Assembly (NCBI GenBank): GCA_965261975.1 | Contig: CBDHEC010000010.1 | Coordinates: 25,030 to 89,029 of the forward strand | Origin: Alphaproteobacteria bacterium | Lineage (GTDB): Bacteria > Pseudomonadota > Alphaproteobacteria > UBA6615 | Length of the DNA stretch: 64,000 nucleotides | Direction of reading: 5' to 3' | In this document: piece by piece, positions 40,144-50,558 of the stretch | Layout of the letters: each line of letters starts with the position of its first letter | How positions within the stretch are numbered: the stretch's first letter is position 1 | Notes under the pieces: generated by a model | Told to the model about the DNA's origin: nothing | What the model saw: only the letters and a program-made list of their open reading frames with translations | The model's database searches: none | Program-made: the position numbers and the translations under genes

Positions 40144-41175
40144 TCAGATAACCCGCTCGAAGAAGCTCTGATACTGCGCGACGACCGCCGCCTCCGTATA
40201 GCTCTCTTCGAAACGCCGGTGACCTTCCCGGGCAAGACGGGCGGCATTTTCCGGGTCGGCGATAAGCGCGCGGATACCGCGCGCAAGTCCGTCGGGGTCA
40301 TCCACCGGCACGATGAGGCCCGCCGCGTCATCTCCGATCAGGTTGGCAGGTCCCGCGGCCGCGGCGGCGACCAGCGGTTTCCCGGCCGCCCATGCTTCCA
40401 GGACGATATTGCCCAGAGGTTCCTGGCGTGACGGGCAGACGAAGATATCGCAGGCCTGCATCAGCGCGTCGGAATCGTCACGCCAGCCGAGGAACCTCAC
40501 GCGATCAGCCACGCCGAGTTCGGCCGCAAGCTTCGAGAGATTGGCGGCCTCCGGGCCTTCGCCCGCGATCCAGAGCCATGTCTCCGGCAGGTCCGCCAGC
40601 GCACGCAGCAGAACATCGAAAGCCTTGTTCTCGTGCAGCCGCCCCATCGCCAGCAACAAGGGAGCGTCCAGCGGCGTATCGAAGCCGATCCGGGATATCG
40701 CCGGTAATTTCGGCGGGTTCACGAAGTTCGGCAGATAGACAATCCGGTCCCGGTCAAAGCCCTGCTTGGCGATATGCTCGACAATTTCCTCGGTGTTGCC
40801 GATCAGGTAGTCGCAGTGCCGGTAATATTTGAGATCGTAGTACCCGCCGAGCCGGGCGATCAGTTTGTAGCCGTCGGGGCGCGTTGATTTTGGTGTCGCC
40901 CAGCTCGCACGGCTCATCCAGCTGAGGACAATATCGGGTTTGTAGCGCTCTATCTCACGCTGCAACGCCGGGCGCGTGCGGAAGTCCATGCGCCCGCCAA
41001 ACGGCAATTCCAGCGCCTCCACGCCACCGTTGCGCAGCGCGCGGGCGCGCGCCGAATCCCGACGAATTATCACCCGCTGTTCGACATTGGCGGCGGCAAA
41101 CGCGATCGCCAGCCGGACAAAAAACGCCTCCGCCCCACCGACTTCCGCGCCCGCCATGGCCTGGAGCAGTCGCAA
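40144..41175 (-). CDS. Glycosyltransferase family 4
   Basis: GGAE, GRLHENK, EPLGNIVLEA. Confidence 0.92.
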   Translation of the reverse strand: MRLLQAMAGAEVGGAEAFFVRLAIAFAAANVEQRVIIRRDSARARALRNGGVEALELPFGGRMDFRTRPALQREIERYKPDIVLSWMSRASWATPKSTRPDGYKLIARLGGYYDLKYYRHCDYLIGNTEEIVEHIAKQGFDRDRIVYLPNFVNPPKLPAISRIGFDTPLDAPLLLAMGRLHENKAFDVLLRALADLPETWLWIAGEGPEAANLSKLAAELGVADRVRFLGWRDDSDALMQACDIFVCPSRQEPLGNIVLEAWAAGKPLVAAAAAGPANLIGDDAAGLIVPVDDPDGLARGIRALIADPENAARLAREGHRRFEESYTEAAVVAQYQSFFERVI

Positions 41176-41177
41176 GG

Positions 41178-41960
41178 CTACTCATCCTCCAGGTGGGCTT
41201 TGAGGAAGCTGAGGATCGGATAGAGACTGGCCATCAATGCAATCAAAAACCCGTACTGGCCTTCGCGGTATCCACGCCGGGCCACATAGCATTTCCAGAA
41301 GCGCGAGAATATCCGCCGCAGATTATGTGTGAAACTGCCGATCTCGCCGGATTCGCGCAAATCGCGCGCACGCGCGCTCGTGTAGCGGTCAAGCCGCTGG
41401 ATCATGTCCGAGATATTGCGATCGACATAGTGGACCATCGGTGCCGACAAGCGACCGGACGCGCCCTTGAGTTCGAGCGCAGGATGGATTCGTTGATCGC
41501 CCCATATCTTGGCGGGGCCCAGCGCGGGGTCGTTCGCAAACAAACGCACGGTCGCACTCACCCCCCAGGCCGCGCCCCAGCCGAACTCGACCAGCCGGTC
41601 CCCGACATAATTGTGAAACGGGATGAGGAAATGTCCGTAGGGCGCATCCGCAATCGTCGCCCGGATATCCCGCGCCAGTTCGGGTGTCACGCGTTCGTCG
41701 GCATCGACCTCGAGAACCCAGTCGCCGGTGCAGATTTCAATCCCGCGGTTCCTGCGCGCACCTTCGATTTCCCACGCCCCTGCCTCGATCTTGGCGCCGT
41801 GCGCCATGGCAATCTCTTCCGAGCGATCGTCGCAGCGATCGAGCACGACGACGATCTCGTCGGCAAAGGCGAGCCCGGCCAGGCAATCGTCGAGTTGGGC
41901 CTCTTCGTTGTGCGCGACCACAAGGGCGGACAAGCGCGGCGTATGTTCCTGCAAAGTCAT
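41178..41960 (-). CDS. Glycosyltransferase family 2 (WaaE/KdtX-like)
   Basis: AHNEE, DADE, RGYREG. Confidence 0.9.
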   Translation of the reverse strand: MTLQEHTPRLSALVVAHNEEAQLDDCLAGLAFADEIVVVLDRCDDRSEEIAMAHGAKIEAGAWEIEGARRNRGIEICTGDWVLEVDADERVTPELARDIRATIADAPYGHFLIPFHNYVGDRLVEFGWGAAWGVSATVRLFANDPALGPAKIWGDQRIHPALELKGASGRLSAPMVHYVDRNISDMIQRLDRYTSARARDLRESGEIGSFTHNLRRIFSRFWKCYVARRGYREGQYGFLIALMASLYPILSFLKAHLEDE

Positions 41961-42940
41961 TCCCGGTCTTCGCCCACGCGGCGCCACAGGTTCGATGACG
42001 CCCGAACGACGGTATCAACTGACAGGCTGTCCATCAGCGTTTCCGTCGTGCGGTGATCATAACCCTTCCCGCCGACAAGCTCGGAGAATGGTTTCTCGGT
42101 CGTAACCCATGCCGCCCGCGATCCCCACGGCCCGTAGCGTTCCGGCCGGCTCGGGCCAAACAACCCCAGGGTCGGAATGCCCGCCGCGGCCGCCATATGC
42201 ATCAGGCCCGAATCATTGCCGACAAATAGCGCCGAGCGCTGCAGACAGGCAGATATCGTCGGCAGGTCCTGTGTGCCCACGAGATCGATCCGTCGTTCGG
42301 CCGGGATCGCATCGAGCACCGGCGCCGCCGCCTCTCGTTCATTCTCCGCACCCAGCACCGCGATCGAGGCATCCGGCAAGATCGCGTCGGCCGACGAACC
42401 GTCGATCCCCGTCAAACGTCCGATCGTCTCGACAAATCGCTCCGCCGGCCAGATCTTGCCCTGCCAGTTCGCGGTCGGCGCCACGGCAATAACCGGCACG
42501 TCGGCCGGCATCAATTCGGTCGCACTGGTGTGGTGCGCTTCCGCGGTCCAGAGACGCGGTATCGGCGGGTTCTCCGACAGGCCCAACGTCCTCGAAAACG
42601 CCACGACAGCATGCTCGTCCTGATGGGAGCTCGACAGGGCCACCGCGCGGCGTGACGTCAACACGGTCCAGGGAATAACCGAGCGTCGAACATCCACAAC
42701 CAGCGACCAGCGACGCCCGGCCACCTGGCACCAGAGAGAGCGCCAATGGCCGGCGCGCGGTTTCTTGTGCATCGGAATCAAACGTTCGAGGCCGGGCAGC
42801 GCCTCGAACAGGGGCGCTGCCGACGCGCCGCAGGCGACGGTGAATCGCGCGCCGGGATAGTTCCGGCTCAGGAAGTTCAGCAGACCGGACGATAGGACGG
42901 CGTCGCCAATCCGGTTGGGACCGACATAGAGAATTCGCAT
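41957..42940 (-). CDS. Glycosyltransferase family 9 (heptosyltransferase-like)
   Basis: RIGDAVL, KIWP, GNDSGLMH, LFGPS. Confidence 0.92.
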   Translation of the reverse strand: MRILYVGPNRIGDAVLSSGLLNFLSRNYPGARFTVACGASAAPLFEALPGLERLIPMHKKPRAGHWRSLWCQVAGRRWSLVVDVRRSVIPWTVLTSRRAVALSSSHQDEHAVVAFSRTLGLSENPPIPRLWTAEAHHTSATELMPADVPVIAVAPTANWQGKIWPAERFVETIGRLTGIDGSSADAILPDASIAVLGAENEREAAAPVLDAIPAERRIDLVGTQDLPTISACLQRSALFVGNDSGLMHMAAAAGIPTLGLFGPSRPERYGPWGSRAAWVTTEKPFSELVGGKGYDHRTTETLMDSLSVDTVVRASSNLWRRVGEDRE

Positions 42941-43094
42941 GACGAGGAGGCTTATACGCGCGTGCCCGGCCTCGCGCCAATTCTTGCTGCAAAAAGAATG
43001 CCCGGCGCGCCTTGCCAGAGCGATGCGACAGGCCAATTATCTATCTACCGACACAGCATACAAACGGGCTGCCGCCAGCCGTGAAAGACGCACA

Positions 43095-43973
43095 ATGACC
43101 ATCTGCTTCGTCACCTTGCCACGCGATATCATCGCGATCAGCGGCGCCGACAAACGCACATTTCTGCAGGGCCTGGTTTCCCAGGACATGGACCGAACAT
43201 CCGCCGAGATATCGGTCTACAGCGCCCTGTTGACCCCCCAGGGGAAGTATCTCCACGACTTTTTCGTCGCGCAACTCGACGACAGCCTGCTGGTCGATTG
43301 CGAAGCCGGTCGGGGTGCTGACCTGATCGAGCGTCTCTCCCGGTTCAAGCTCCGCGCCGACGTACAAATCGATCCACGTGAAGATCTCCGCGTTTTCGCT
43401 GTTCTGGGGGACGGCGCGAACGAAACCCTGGGCTTATCGACGACGCCCGGGCAAACAACCCCGGTCGCCGACGGGCTGGCCTTCACCGACCCGCGCGCAT
43501 CTGAACTGGGTTGTCGCCTGATCGGATCGCGCGCCGGGGCCCTGGAATGGTTGACGCAGGCTGCCCTGCCGGAAGCCCCTTTCGAGGCCTACGACGCGCT
43601 GCGTATTTCTCTCGAGATTCCCGACGGCAGCCGCGACATGGAAATCGAGAAATCCACCCTTCTCGAATCGAATTTCGACACGCTCAACGGCATCGATTGG
43701 GAGAAAGGCTGCTACATGGGCCAGGAGCTCACCGCCCGCACCAAGTATCGCGGCCTGGTAAAGCGCAAGCTTGCAGCGTTTCAGGCCACCCACGCCTCCC
43801 AGGTCCCGGGCGAGAATGTTCTTTTGGGAGAGCAGAAAGTCGGCGAGATACGCTCACGCAGCGGGGACCATATACTGGTCTCTGTTCGCCTCGATGCCTT
43901 GGAATCCGGGCCCGAACAGCTGACCGCCGGGGGAAACCCACTGATCTCCAACGCAGGACCTGCCGGCCATTAA
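43095..43973 (+). CDS. ygfZ: Folate-binding Fe-S cluster repair protein YgfZ
   Basis: FLQGLVSQD, LTPQGK, KGCYMGQE signature. Confidence 0.93.
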   Translation: MTICFVTLPRDIIAISGADKRTFLQGLVSQDMDRTSAEISVYSALLTPQGKYLHDFFVAQLDDSLLVDCEAGRGADLIERLSRFKLRADVQIDPREDLRVFAVLGDGANETLGLSTTPGQTTPVADGLAFTDPRASELGCRLIGSRAGALEWLTQAALPEAPFEAYDALRISLEIPDGSRDMEIEKSTLLESNFDTLNGIDWEKGCYMGQELTARTKYRGLVKRKLAAFQATHASQVPGENVLLGEQKVGEIRSRSGDHILVSVRLDALESGPEQLTAGGNPLISNAGPAGH

Positions 43974-44130
43974 TGTTCCATTAAGGAACAAATAGAACAT
44001 AATAATAATTCATTAGATCGTTTGGTAGCGTCTGATATGCTATATTTGCATAACTAACCTATTGATGCACCATAGTGTCTGTCCTATGTCTGTTGAGCAA
44101 GATGATCAACCCAAGCGTAGGAGTTACACG

Positions 44131-44286
44131 ATGAACACCCTTATTACATACGAATCGGACGTGGAAATCCTCCGCCAGGCGGAGCAGGAGCGTGGTGAGG
44201 CGATGGCGACCTTCTTCCGCTGGCTGTTCACCAAGCCCGCGCACGAAAAATCCGAATACTCCCAGGACGTCGTCGCCGCCGAATAG
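44131..44286 (+). CDS. Small protein (51 aa), RSP_7527-like
   Basis: AGGAG RBS; ILRQAEQERGEAMATFFRWLF; AT-rich upstream region and its own terminator. Confidence 0.65.
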   Translation: MNTLITYESDVEILRQAEQERGEAMATFFRWLFTKPAHEKSEYSQDVVAAE

Positions 44287-44309
44287 CGTCGACCTCGGCC
44301 GAAAACGAA

Positions 44310-44339
44310 AAAAGCCGCGCCCCATCGGGCGCGGCTTTT
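44310..44339. terminator. Bidirectional intrinsic terminator
   Basis: AAAAGCCGCGCCC-CATC-GGGCGCGGCTTTT between convergent genes. Confidence 0.85.
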
Positions 44340-44393
44340 GCATTTGAGTGATTGCGAAGAGGGTCCAGGACGCTCCCGACGACGATGGTTAAT

Positions 44394-47072
44394 CTAGCTC
44401 TCGGCTTCGACGCTGGCCTGGGCCGCCGCGAGGCGCGCAATCGGCACGCGGTACGGCGAACAGGACACATAGTCCAGGCCGGATCGGTCACAGAATTTGA
44501 CCGACGCCGGGTCGCCGCCATGCTCACCGCAAATCCCGAGCTTGATATCCGCGCGTGTCGCACGCCCGCGTTCGGCCGCGATCGACACCAGTTCCCCGAC
44601 ACCGTCCACATCGATTGAAACAAACGGGTCGACGTCGATGATGCCCTGATGCTCGTAGTCGGACAGGAAGTTCGACGCATCGTCGCGGCTGATACCGAAG
44701 GTCGTCTGGGTCAGGTCGTTGGTCCCGAAACTGAAGAACTCCGCAGATTCGGCGATCTCACCGGCACGCAACGCCGCGCGCGGCAGCTCGATCATGGTCC
44801 CGACCTGATAATCCACACGGGTGCCTGTTTCGCCGAAGACGGCGTCGGCAACCTGGTCGATGCAGACCTTGAGGATATCGATTTCCTTCCGCGTGGCCGC
44901 GAGCGGGATCATGATCTCGGGCAGAACCGTTTCGTCGGTTTCCTTCGCCACGATGACCGCGGCCTCGAAAATCGCCCGGGCCTGCATCTCGTAGATTTCC
45001 GGATAGGTAATTCCCAGACGGCAGCCACGATGCCCCAGCATCGGATTTGATTCATGCAGCTGCACCGCGCGGTCCGTCATCGCTTGCGGATCGCGTCCGG
45101 CCGCCAGCGCGACCTCGGCAATTTCCTCCTCGGACTTCGGCAGGAACTCATGCAATGGCGGGTCGAGAAGCCGGATCGTGACCGGAAGGCCCGCCATGAT
45201 CTTGAACAGTTCCACAAAATCCTGCCGCTGGAAGGGCAAGAGCTCGGCGAGTGCGGCCCGACGGCCCGCGACATCGTCGGCCAGGATCATGCGACGTACG
45301 GCCACAATCCGCTCGGGATCGAAGAACATATGCTCGGTACGGCACAACCCGATGCCCTCGGCACCAAAGTCGCGCGCCGTGCGCGCATCAACCGGCGTCT
45401 CGGCATTCGTGCGCACCTTGAGCCGCCGAATAGCGTCCGCCCAGCCCATCAGCTTGGCGAAGTCGCCCGACATTTCAGGCTCGATCGTCGGCACTTCACC
45501 GTCAATGATCTCACCCGTCGCACCATCGATCGTGATGCGGTCACCGGCCTCCAGCGTACGGTCACCGACGCGCACCTGCGCATTCGAATAGTCCACCGTG
45601 ATCCCGCCGGCGCCGGCAACACAGGGGCGGCCCATGCCCCGCGCCACGACCGCCGCGTGGCTGGTCATCCCGCCTCGGGTCGTCAAAATACCGCGCGCGG
45701 CATGCATCCCGTGGATATCTTCCGGGCTGGTTTCGATCCGCACGAGGATCACGTCTTCACCCTTCTGCGCCATGTCCTCGGCGAGATCGGCGCTGAGGAC
45801 GATGCGTCCCGATGCGGCACCCGGCGAAGCGGGGAGACCCTTGCTCAGGATCTTGCGTGGCGCGTCGGGGTCGAGCCGTGGGTGCAGCAACTGGTCCAGC
45901 TGTCCGGCCTCGACCCGCATGATCGCATCGGACTGGCTGATCAGTCCGTCATCCACCATCTCCACCGCGATCCGCACGGCCGCGGCAGCGGTCCGTTTCC
46001 CCGATCTGGTCTGCAGCATGTAGAGCTTGTTGCTCTGGACGGTGAACTCGATGTCCTGCATGTCCTTGTAATGCGCCTCGAGTGTCTCGCGCACTTCGGC
46101 GAGCTGCCCGAACACCTCCGGCATCACCTCTTCCATCGAGGGAAGGTCCGAGCCGTTGCGCTCCTTGCCCGCAATCGTCAGATGCTGGGGTGTCCGGATA
46201 CCGGCCACCACATCCTCGCCCTGCGCATTGACGAGATACTCGCCGTAGAAAATATTCTCGCCGGTCGACGGGTCGCGGGTGAAGGCGACGCCTGTCGCAC
46301 AATCATCGCCCATATTCCCGAACACCATCGCCTGCACATTCACTGCCGTGCCCCATTCGGCCGGGATATTCTGCAGCCGGCGATAGGTGATGGCGCGCTG
46401 GTTCATCCATGAACCGAACACGGCGCCGATTGCACCCCAAAGCTGCTCGCGGGGATCCTGCGGGAAGGGCGAGCCCAGTTCCCGCTCAACGATCGCCTTA
46501 TATTCCCCGACGATCGCTTGCCAATCCTCCGCCGACAGATCGGTGTCGAGGACCAGGCCACTGTCCATCTTGTGCTGGTCGAGCACTTCTTCGAACATGT
46601 AATGGTCAACGCCCAACACCACGTCGCTGTACATCTGAATGAAGCGCCGATAGCTGTCGAATGCGAAACGCGCATCGCCCGAACGTGCCGCAAGACCCGC
46701 CACGGTCGTGTCGTTCAGACCAAGGTTCAGGACGGTATCCATCATGCCCGGCATCGAGGCGCGCGCGCCCGAACGCACCGAGACAAGCAGCGGGTTTTCC
46801 GCATCACCGAACTGCGTGCCGACATCCTTCTCAATCGCCGCCAACGCCGCCTCGACCTGCGCGTCGAGGCTATCGGGATAGGTCTCGCCATTGTCGTAGT
46901 AATGGGTGCAAAGGTCGGTCGTGATCGTGAACCCCGGAGGAACGGGAAGCCCCAGATTGCACATCTCCGCCAGGTTGGCGCCCTTGCCACCCAGGAGATT
47001 CTTCATCTCCGCGCTGCCGTCCGAAGACCCGGCCGCGAAGCTATAAACCCACTTTTCCGTTGCAGCGTTCAT
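44394..47072 (-). CDS. ppdK: Pyruvate, phosphate dikinase
   Basis: GGKGANLAEM, GGMTSHAAVVARG, GTNDLTQ, CGEHGGDP. Confidence 0.98.
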   Translation of the reverse strand: MNAATEKWVYSFAAGSSDGSAEMKNLLGGKGANLAEMCNLGLPVPPGFTITTDLCTHYYDNGETYPDSLDAQVEAALAAIEKDVGTQFGDAENPLLVSVRSGARASMPGMMDTVLNLGLNDTTVAGLAARSGDARFAFDSYRRFIQMYSDVVLGVDHYMFEEVLDQHKMDSGLVLDTDLSAEDWQAIVGEYKAIVERELGSPFPQDPREQLWGAIGAVFGSWMNQRAITYRRLQNIPAEWGTAVNVQAMVFGNMGDDCATGVAFTRDPSTGENIFYGEYLVNAQGEDVVAGIRTPQHLTIAGKERNGSDLPSMEEVMPEVFGQLAEVRETLEAHYKDMQDIEFTVQSNKLYMLQTRSGKRTAAAAVRIAVEMVDDGLISQSDAIMRVEAGQLDQLLHPRLDPDAPRKILSKGLPASPGAASGRIVLSADLAEDMAQKGEDVILVRIETSPEDIHGMHAARGILTTRGGMTSHAAVVARGMGRPCVAGAGGITVDYSNAQVRVGDRTLEAGDRITIDGATGEIIDGEVPTIEPEMSGDFAKLMGWADAIRRLKVRTNAETPVDARTARDFGAEGIGLCRTEHMFFDPERIVAVRRMILADDVAGRRAALAELLPFQRQDFVELFKIMAGLPVTIRLLDPPLHEFLPKSEEEIAEVALAAGRDPQAMTDRAVQLHESNPMLGHRGCRLGITYPEIYEMQARAIFEAAVIVAKETDETVLPEIMIPLAATRKEIDILKVCIDQVADAVFGETGTRVDYQVGTMIELPRAALRAGEIAESAEFFSFGTNDLTQTTFGISRDDASNFLSDYEHQGIIDVDPFVSIDVDGVGELVSIAAERGRATRADIKLGICGEHGGDPASVKFCDRSGLDYVSCSPYRVPIARLAAAQASVEAES

Positions 47073-47082
47073 AGAACTTCCT

Positions 47083-49155
47083 TTATCCCTCGACTTTTGA
47101 GAAGTCTGCGACATTGTTCATTACCCCTTGGATGCGCGCGAGCAGGCGCAATCGATTCCCTCTGACGACAGGGTCGTCAACATTTACGGTCACCTCATCG
47201 AAGAACGCATCGATCGGCTGGCGTAATCCGGCAAGGCTTTTCATAGCGGATTCGAACGATTCGCCAGCCAACGCCGCCTCGATTTCACTTTCGGTCCGCG
47301 CCAGGACATCCCAAAGCGCGCTTTCGATCGGCTCGGAGCCGCTCAACCCGGGGTCATAGGCCGCCCCGTCATAGTCGGTGTCGTCTTTCTTCTCTTCGGC
47401 GCGAACGATGTTTGCCGCACGACGATAGGCGACCAGCAGGTTGTTACCATCGTCCGACTGCAAGAATTCGCCCAGCGCGCGCACGCGCGCAACCAGCTCG
47501 ACCAGATCCCCGTCACGCTGCTGCTCGATGACCGCCTCGATATGGTCGTGGCGCACACCTTCATCGCGCAAATGAACCTTGAGGCGATCGGCAAAGAAGG
47601 AAAGTAGATCGTCGTCGATCGCCGCATCATCACATTTGTGATGCGCCCGGGCCTCGACAAATGCCGATCGCAGGCTGAGCCGCAGCCCGTTTTCCAGCAC
47701 GATACGAATCACACCCAAGGCCGCACGGCGCAACGCAAACGGGTCCTTTGATCCGGTCGGCTTTTCGTCGACCGACCAGAAACCGATCAGGGTATCCACC
47801 TTGTCGGCCAGGGCGACGGCCGCGCTCACGGGGGCCGATGGGCAGGCATCGGACGGGCCGACCGGCGAATAATGTTCGGCAATGGCATCCGCGATCTCGG
47901 ATGGTTCGCCCTGCGCGCGCGCATAGTAACGCCCCATGGTGCCCTGCAAATCGGGGAACTCGCCGACCATGCCGCTGACCAAATCCGCCTTGGCCAGACG
48001 CGCCGCACGGGCGACCGTCTGGGAGTTGGCATCCGGGACGGCGCCGGCGAACCACATGGCCATCGCCTCGACGCGTTCGACCTTGTCGCCGATGCTGCCG
48101 AGCTTCGCGTGAAACACGATCCCGTCAAGAGACTTGCCCATCGCCTCGAGCTCGACCTTCAGGTCCTGGTCCCAGAAATACTTCGCATCCGACAGGCGCG
48201 CGCGCAGCACGCGCTCGTTTCCGGCCACGACGGCGGCGGGGTCATCGGCCTCGATGTTCGAGACGAACGCAAATGACGGCGCGATCTCGCCGCCGGTCTG
48301 TTTCAGACCGAAATACTTCTGATGCTCGCGCATGGATGAAACCAGCACTTCCGCGGGCAGCGCCATGAAGGCCGGATCGATCGATCCGATCAGAACCCGC
48401 GGCCACTCGACGAGGCCCGCGACTTCCGCGAAGAGCCCGTCATCGTCGGGCACCTCGAAACCGACATCGCCGCAAAGCCCTGCGAGCTGTTCGCGGATCG
48501 ACTGCTCGCGCGCGGCCGAGTCCACGACAACCTTGGCGTCATGCAACTGCGCCGCGTAGTCGGCGAAATCCTTGACCGCGAAAAGGCCGGGGGCATGGAA
48601 CCGATGGCCCGCCGTCTGGTCGGTGAATTCGAGCACGCCGTCGCCCGTGTCGAGCCCACCCGATAATGGTTTGCCGTCGAAGATCGCCAGCACCGCGTGG
48701 AGCGGCCGGATCCAGCGGAAACTCGACTGTGCCCAGCGCATGGATTTCGGCCACGGAATGTCATGGGCCACGGCGACGACGATCTCGGAGAGTACGTCGC
48801 GGGTCGGCCGGCCGGTTTCTTCCCAGACCGCGACATAGAAGGATCCCTTCTTGTCTTCGCGGACCTCGCATTCGTCCAGCGAGATCGCGATCGACCCGAC
48901 AAAGCCCTCGATCGCTTTCTCCGGCGCGTCCGTGCGCGGCCCCTTACGCTCGACCGAGCGGGAGGGCTGGGTTTCAGGAAGTCCGTCGACACGGATCGCC
49001 AGGCGCCGTGGCGTGGCCCGCACATCGACGGCGTCATGCTCCAGATTGTTTTCCTTCAGCGCCGCCGTCAGCAACCGCTCAAGGTCGCCCGCGGCCCGGC
49101 GCTGCATGCGCGCGGGAATTTCTTCGGATCGGAATTCGACGAGAAGCTCGGCCAT
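47083..49155 (-). CDS. glyS: Glycine--tRNA ligase beta subunit
   Basis: SEEIPA, PKSMRW, GNERVLRARL, SKDPFALRR. Confidence 0.97.
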   Translation of the reverse strand: MAELLVEFRSEEIPARMQRRAAGDLERLLTAALKENNLEHDAVDVRATPRRLAIRVDGLPETQPSRSVERKGPRTDAPEKAIEGFVGSIAISLDECEVREDKKGSFYVAVWEETGRPTRDVLSEIVVAVAHDIPWPKSMRWAQSSFRWIRPLHAVLAIFDGKPLSGGLDTGDGVLEFTDQTAGHRFHAPGLFAVKDFADYAAQLHDAKVVVDSAAREQSIREQLAGLCGDVGFEVPDDDGLFAEVAGLVEWPRVLIGSIDPAFMALPAEVLVSSMREHQKYFGLKQTGGEIAPSFAFVSNIEADDPAAVVAGNERVLRARLSDAKYFWDQDLKVELEAMGKSLDGIVFHAKLGSIGDKVERVEAMAMWFAGAVPDANSQTVARAARLAKADLVSGMVGEFPDLQGTMGRYYARAQGEPSEIADAIAEHYSPVGPSDACPSAPVSAAVALADKVDTLIGFWSVDEKPTGSKDPFALRRAALGVIRIVLENGLRLSLRSAFVEARAHHKCDDAAIDDDLLSFFADRLKVHLRDEGVRHDHIEAVIEQQRDGDLVELVARVRALGEFLQSDDGNNLLVAYRRAANIVRAEEKKDDTDYDGAAYDPGLSGSEPIESALWDVLARTESEIEAALAGESFESAMKSLAGLRQPIDAFFDEVTVNVDDPVVRGNRLRLLARIQGVMNNVADFSKVEG

Positions 49156-49160
49156 CGCGC

Positions 49161-50057
49161 TCAGCCCCCCGCCTGCGCTTGCAGCCAGATTTCACAGCAA
49201 CCCTTCGCAAGCTCCCGTACCCGCAGGATATAGGCCTGTCGCTCCGTCACCGAGATCACGCCTCGCGCATCCAGAAGATTGAACACATGGCTCGCCTTGA
49301 TGCATTGGTCATAGGCGGGCAGCGCCAGGTCCTGGGCGATCAGCGCATGGCACTCCGCCTCGGCGTCGGCGAAGTGCCGGAACAGGATGTCCGTGTTCGC
49401 ATGCTCGAAGTTGTAGGCGCTGAACTCCTGCTCGGCGCGCAGGAAGACGTCGCCATACCTGGTGCCCGCCCCGTTGAAATCGAGGTCGTAGACATTCTCG
49501 ACCCCCTGCACATACATGGCCAGCCGCTCGAGGCCGTAGGTCAGCTCGACCGCCACGGGGTCGCAGTCGAAACCGCCGACCTGCTGGAAATAGGTGAACT
49601 GGCTGACTTCCATCCCGTCACACCAGACTTCCCAGCCCAGCCCCCAAGCGCCCAGTGTCGGACTTTCCCAATCGTCTTCGACGAAGCGAATATCGTGTGA
49701 CTTGGAATCAATCCCCAGCGCAGCGAGGCTTTGCAGGTAGAGCTCCTGGCTGTCCTGCGGTGACGGCTTCAGGATGACCTGAAACTGGTAGTAATGCTGC
49801 AGCCGGTTCGGATTCTCGCCATACCGCCCATCGGTCGGCCGCCGCGACGGCTGTACGAAGGCGGCACGCCAGGGGTCCGGGCCCAGGGCGCGCAACGTCG
49901 TGGCGGGATGAAACGTCCCCGCGCCGACTTCCATATCGTAAGGCTGGAGTATGACGCAGCCATGATCGGCCCAGAACCTCTGCAGTGTGAGGATCAGGTC
50001 TTGAAAGCTGTGCGGCGATGCCGCAGAGCGAGCTGCATCGGGTTGGTTGATCGCCAT
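49161..50057 (-). CDS. glyQ: Glycine--tRNA ligase alpha subunit
   Basis: [29 protein letters not shown]. Confidence 0.98.
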   Translation of the reverse strand: MAINQPDAARSAASPHSFQDLILTLQRFWADHGCVILQPYDMEVGAGTFHPATTLRALGPDPWRAAFVQPSRRPTDGRYGENPNRLQHYYQFQVILKPSPQDSQELYLQSLAALGIDSKSHDIRFVEDDWESPTLGAWGLGWEVWCDGMEVSQFTYFQQVGGFDCDPVAVELTYGLERLAMYVQGVENVYDLDFNGAGTRYGDVFLRAEQEFSAYNFEHANTDILFRHFADAEAECHALIAQDLALPAYDQCIKASHVFNLLDARGVISVTERQAYILRVRELAKGCCEIWLQAQAGG

Positions 50058-50223
50058 TGTCCGGAGTAGTGCACCAAAGCCTTTAGGCGCGGGCGAAAAT
50101 AGAAGCGGTCCCCCCCTCGGTCAAGGCGCGGTCGCCGACATCCTGTGCGCAATATTCACCACTGTCGTGCCCTGAATTACCCCGCGGTCCGGCATCGGGA
50201 ATACTCGGCGCCGGATAGGCTGC

Positions 50224-50454
50224 TCAGTCGGGCTTCGCGTCCCGGTCTCGCACCACATACGTGTCTGTTTCCGCGTCATACTCGGTATCGACCGCCTCGG
50301 GCTCGGCCGGACCGGACGCCGCACCCGTGCCGCGCCCACCGTCGGTTCGGCTCCCGCCACTCGCACCACCGCGGCCAAACAGTCGGTATCCGATCATCAC
50401 CGCAGCAATGATGAGCGCCAGGACCAGCAGCTTCGAGAGCGAAAAACCAAACAT
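50224..50454 (-). CDS. Small single-TM hypothetical protein
   Basis: MFGFSLSKLLVLALIIAAV; AGGA RBS; upstream of glyQ. Confidence 0.7.
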   Translation of the reverse strand: MFGFSLSKLLVLALIIAAVMIGYRLFGRGGASGGSRTDGGRGTGAASGPAEPEAVDTEYDAETDTYVVRDRDAKPD

Positions 50455-50558
50455 CAACAGCTTCCTGAAAGTTTCCGCGGTGCGCCCGCAGGACCGACAC
50501 CAGACTTCATACCACTTGCACCGCCGGTTCCGCCAACCGCGCACAGCGGCTCATGGCG

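Noticed and set aside
43986-43998. LexA box GAAC-AAATA-GAAC
   Set aside because: The spacer is 5 nt, not 7.
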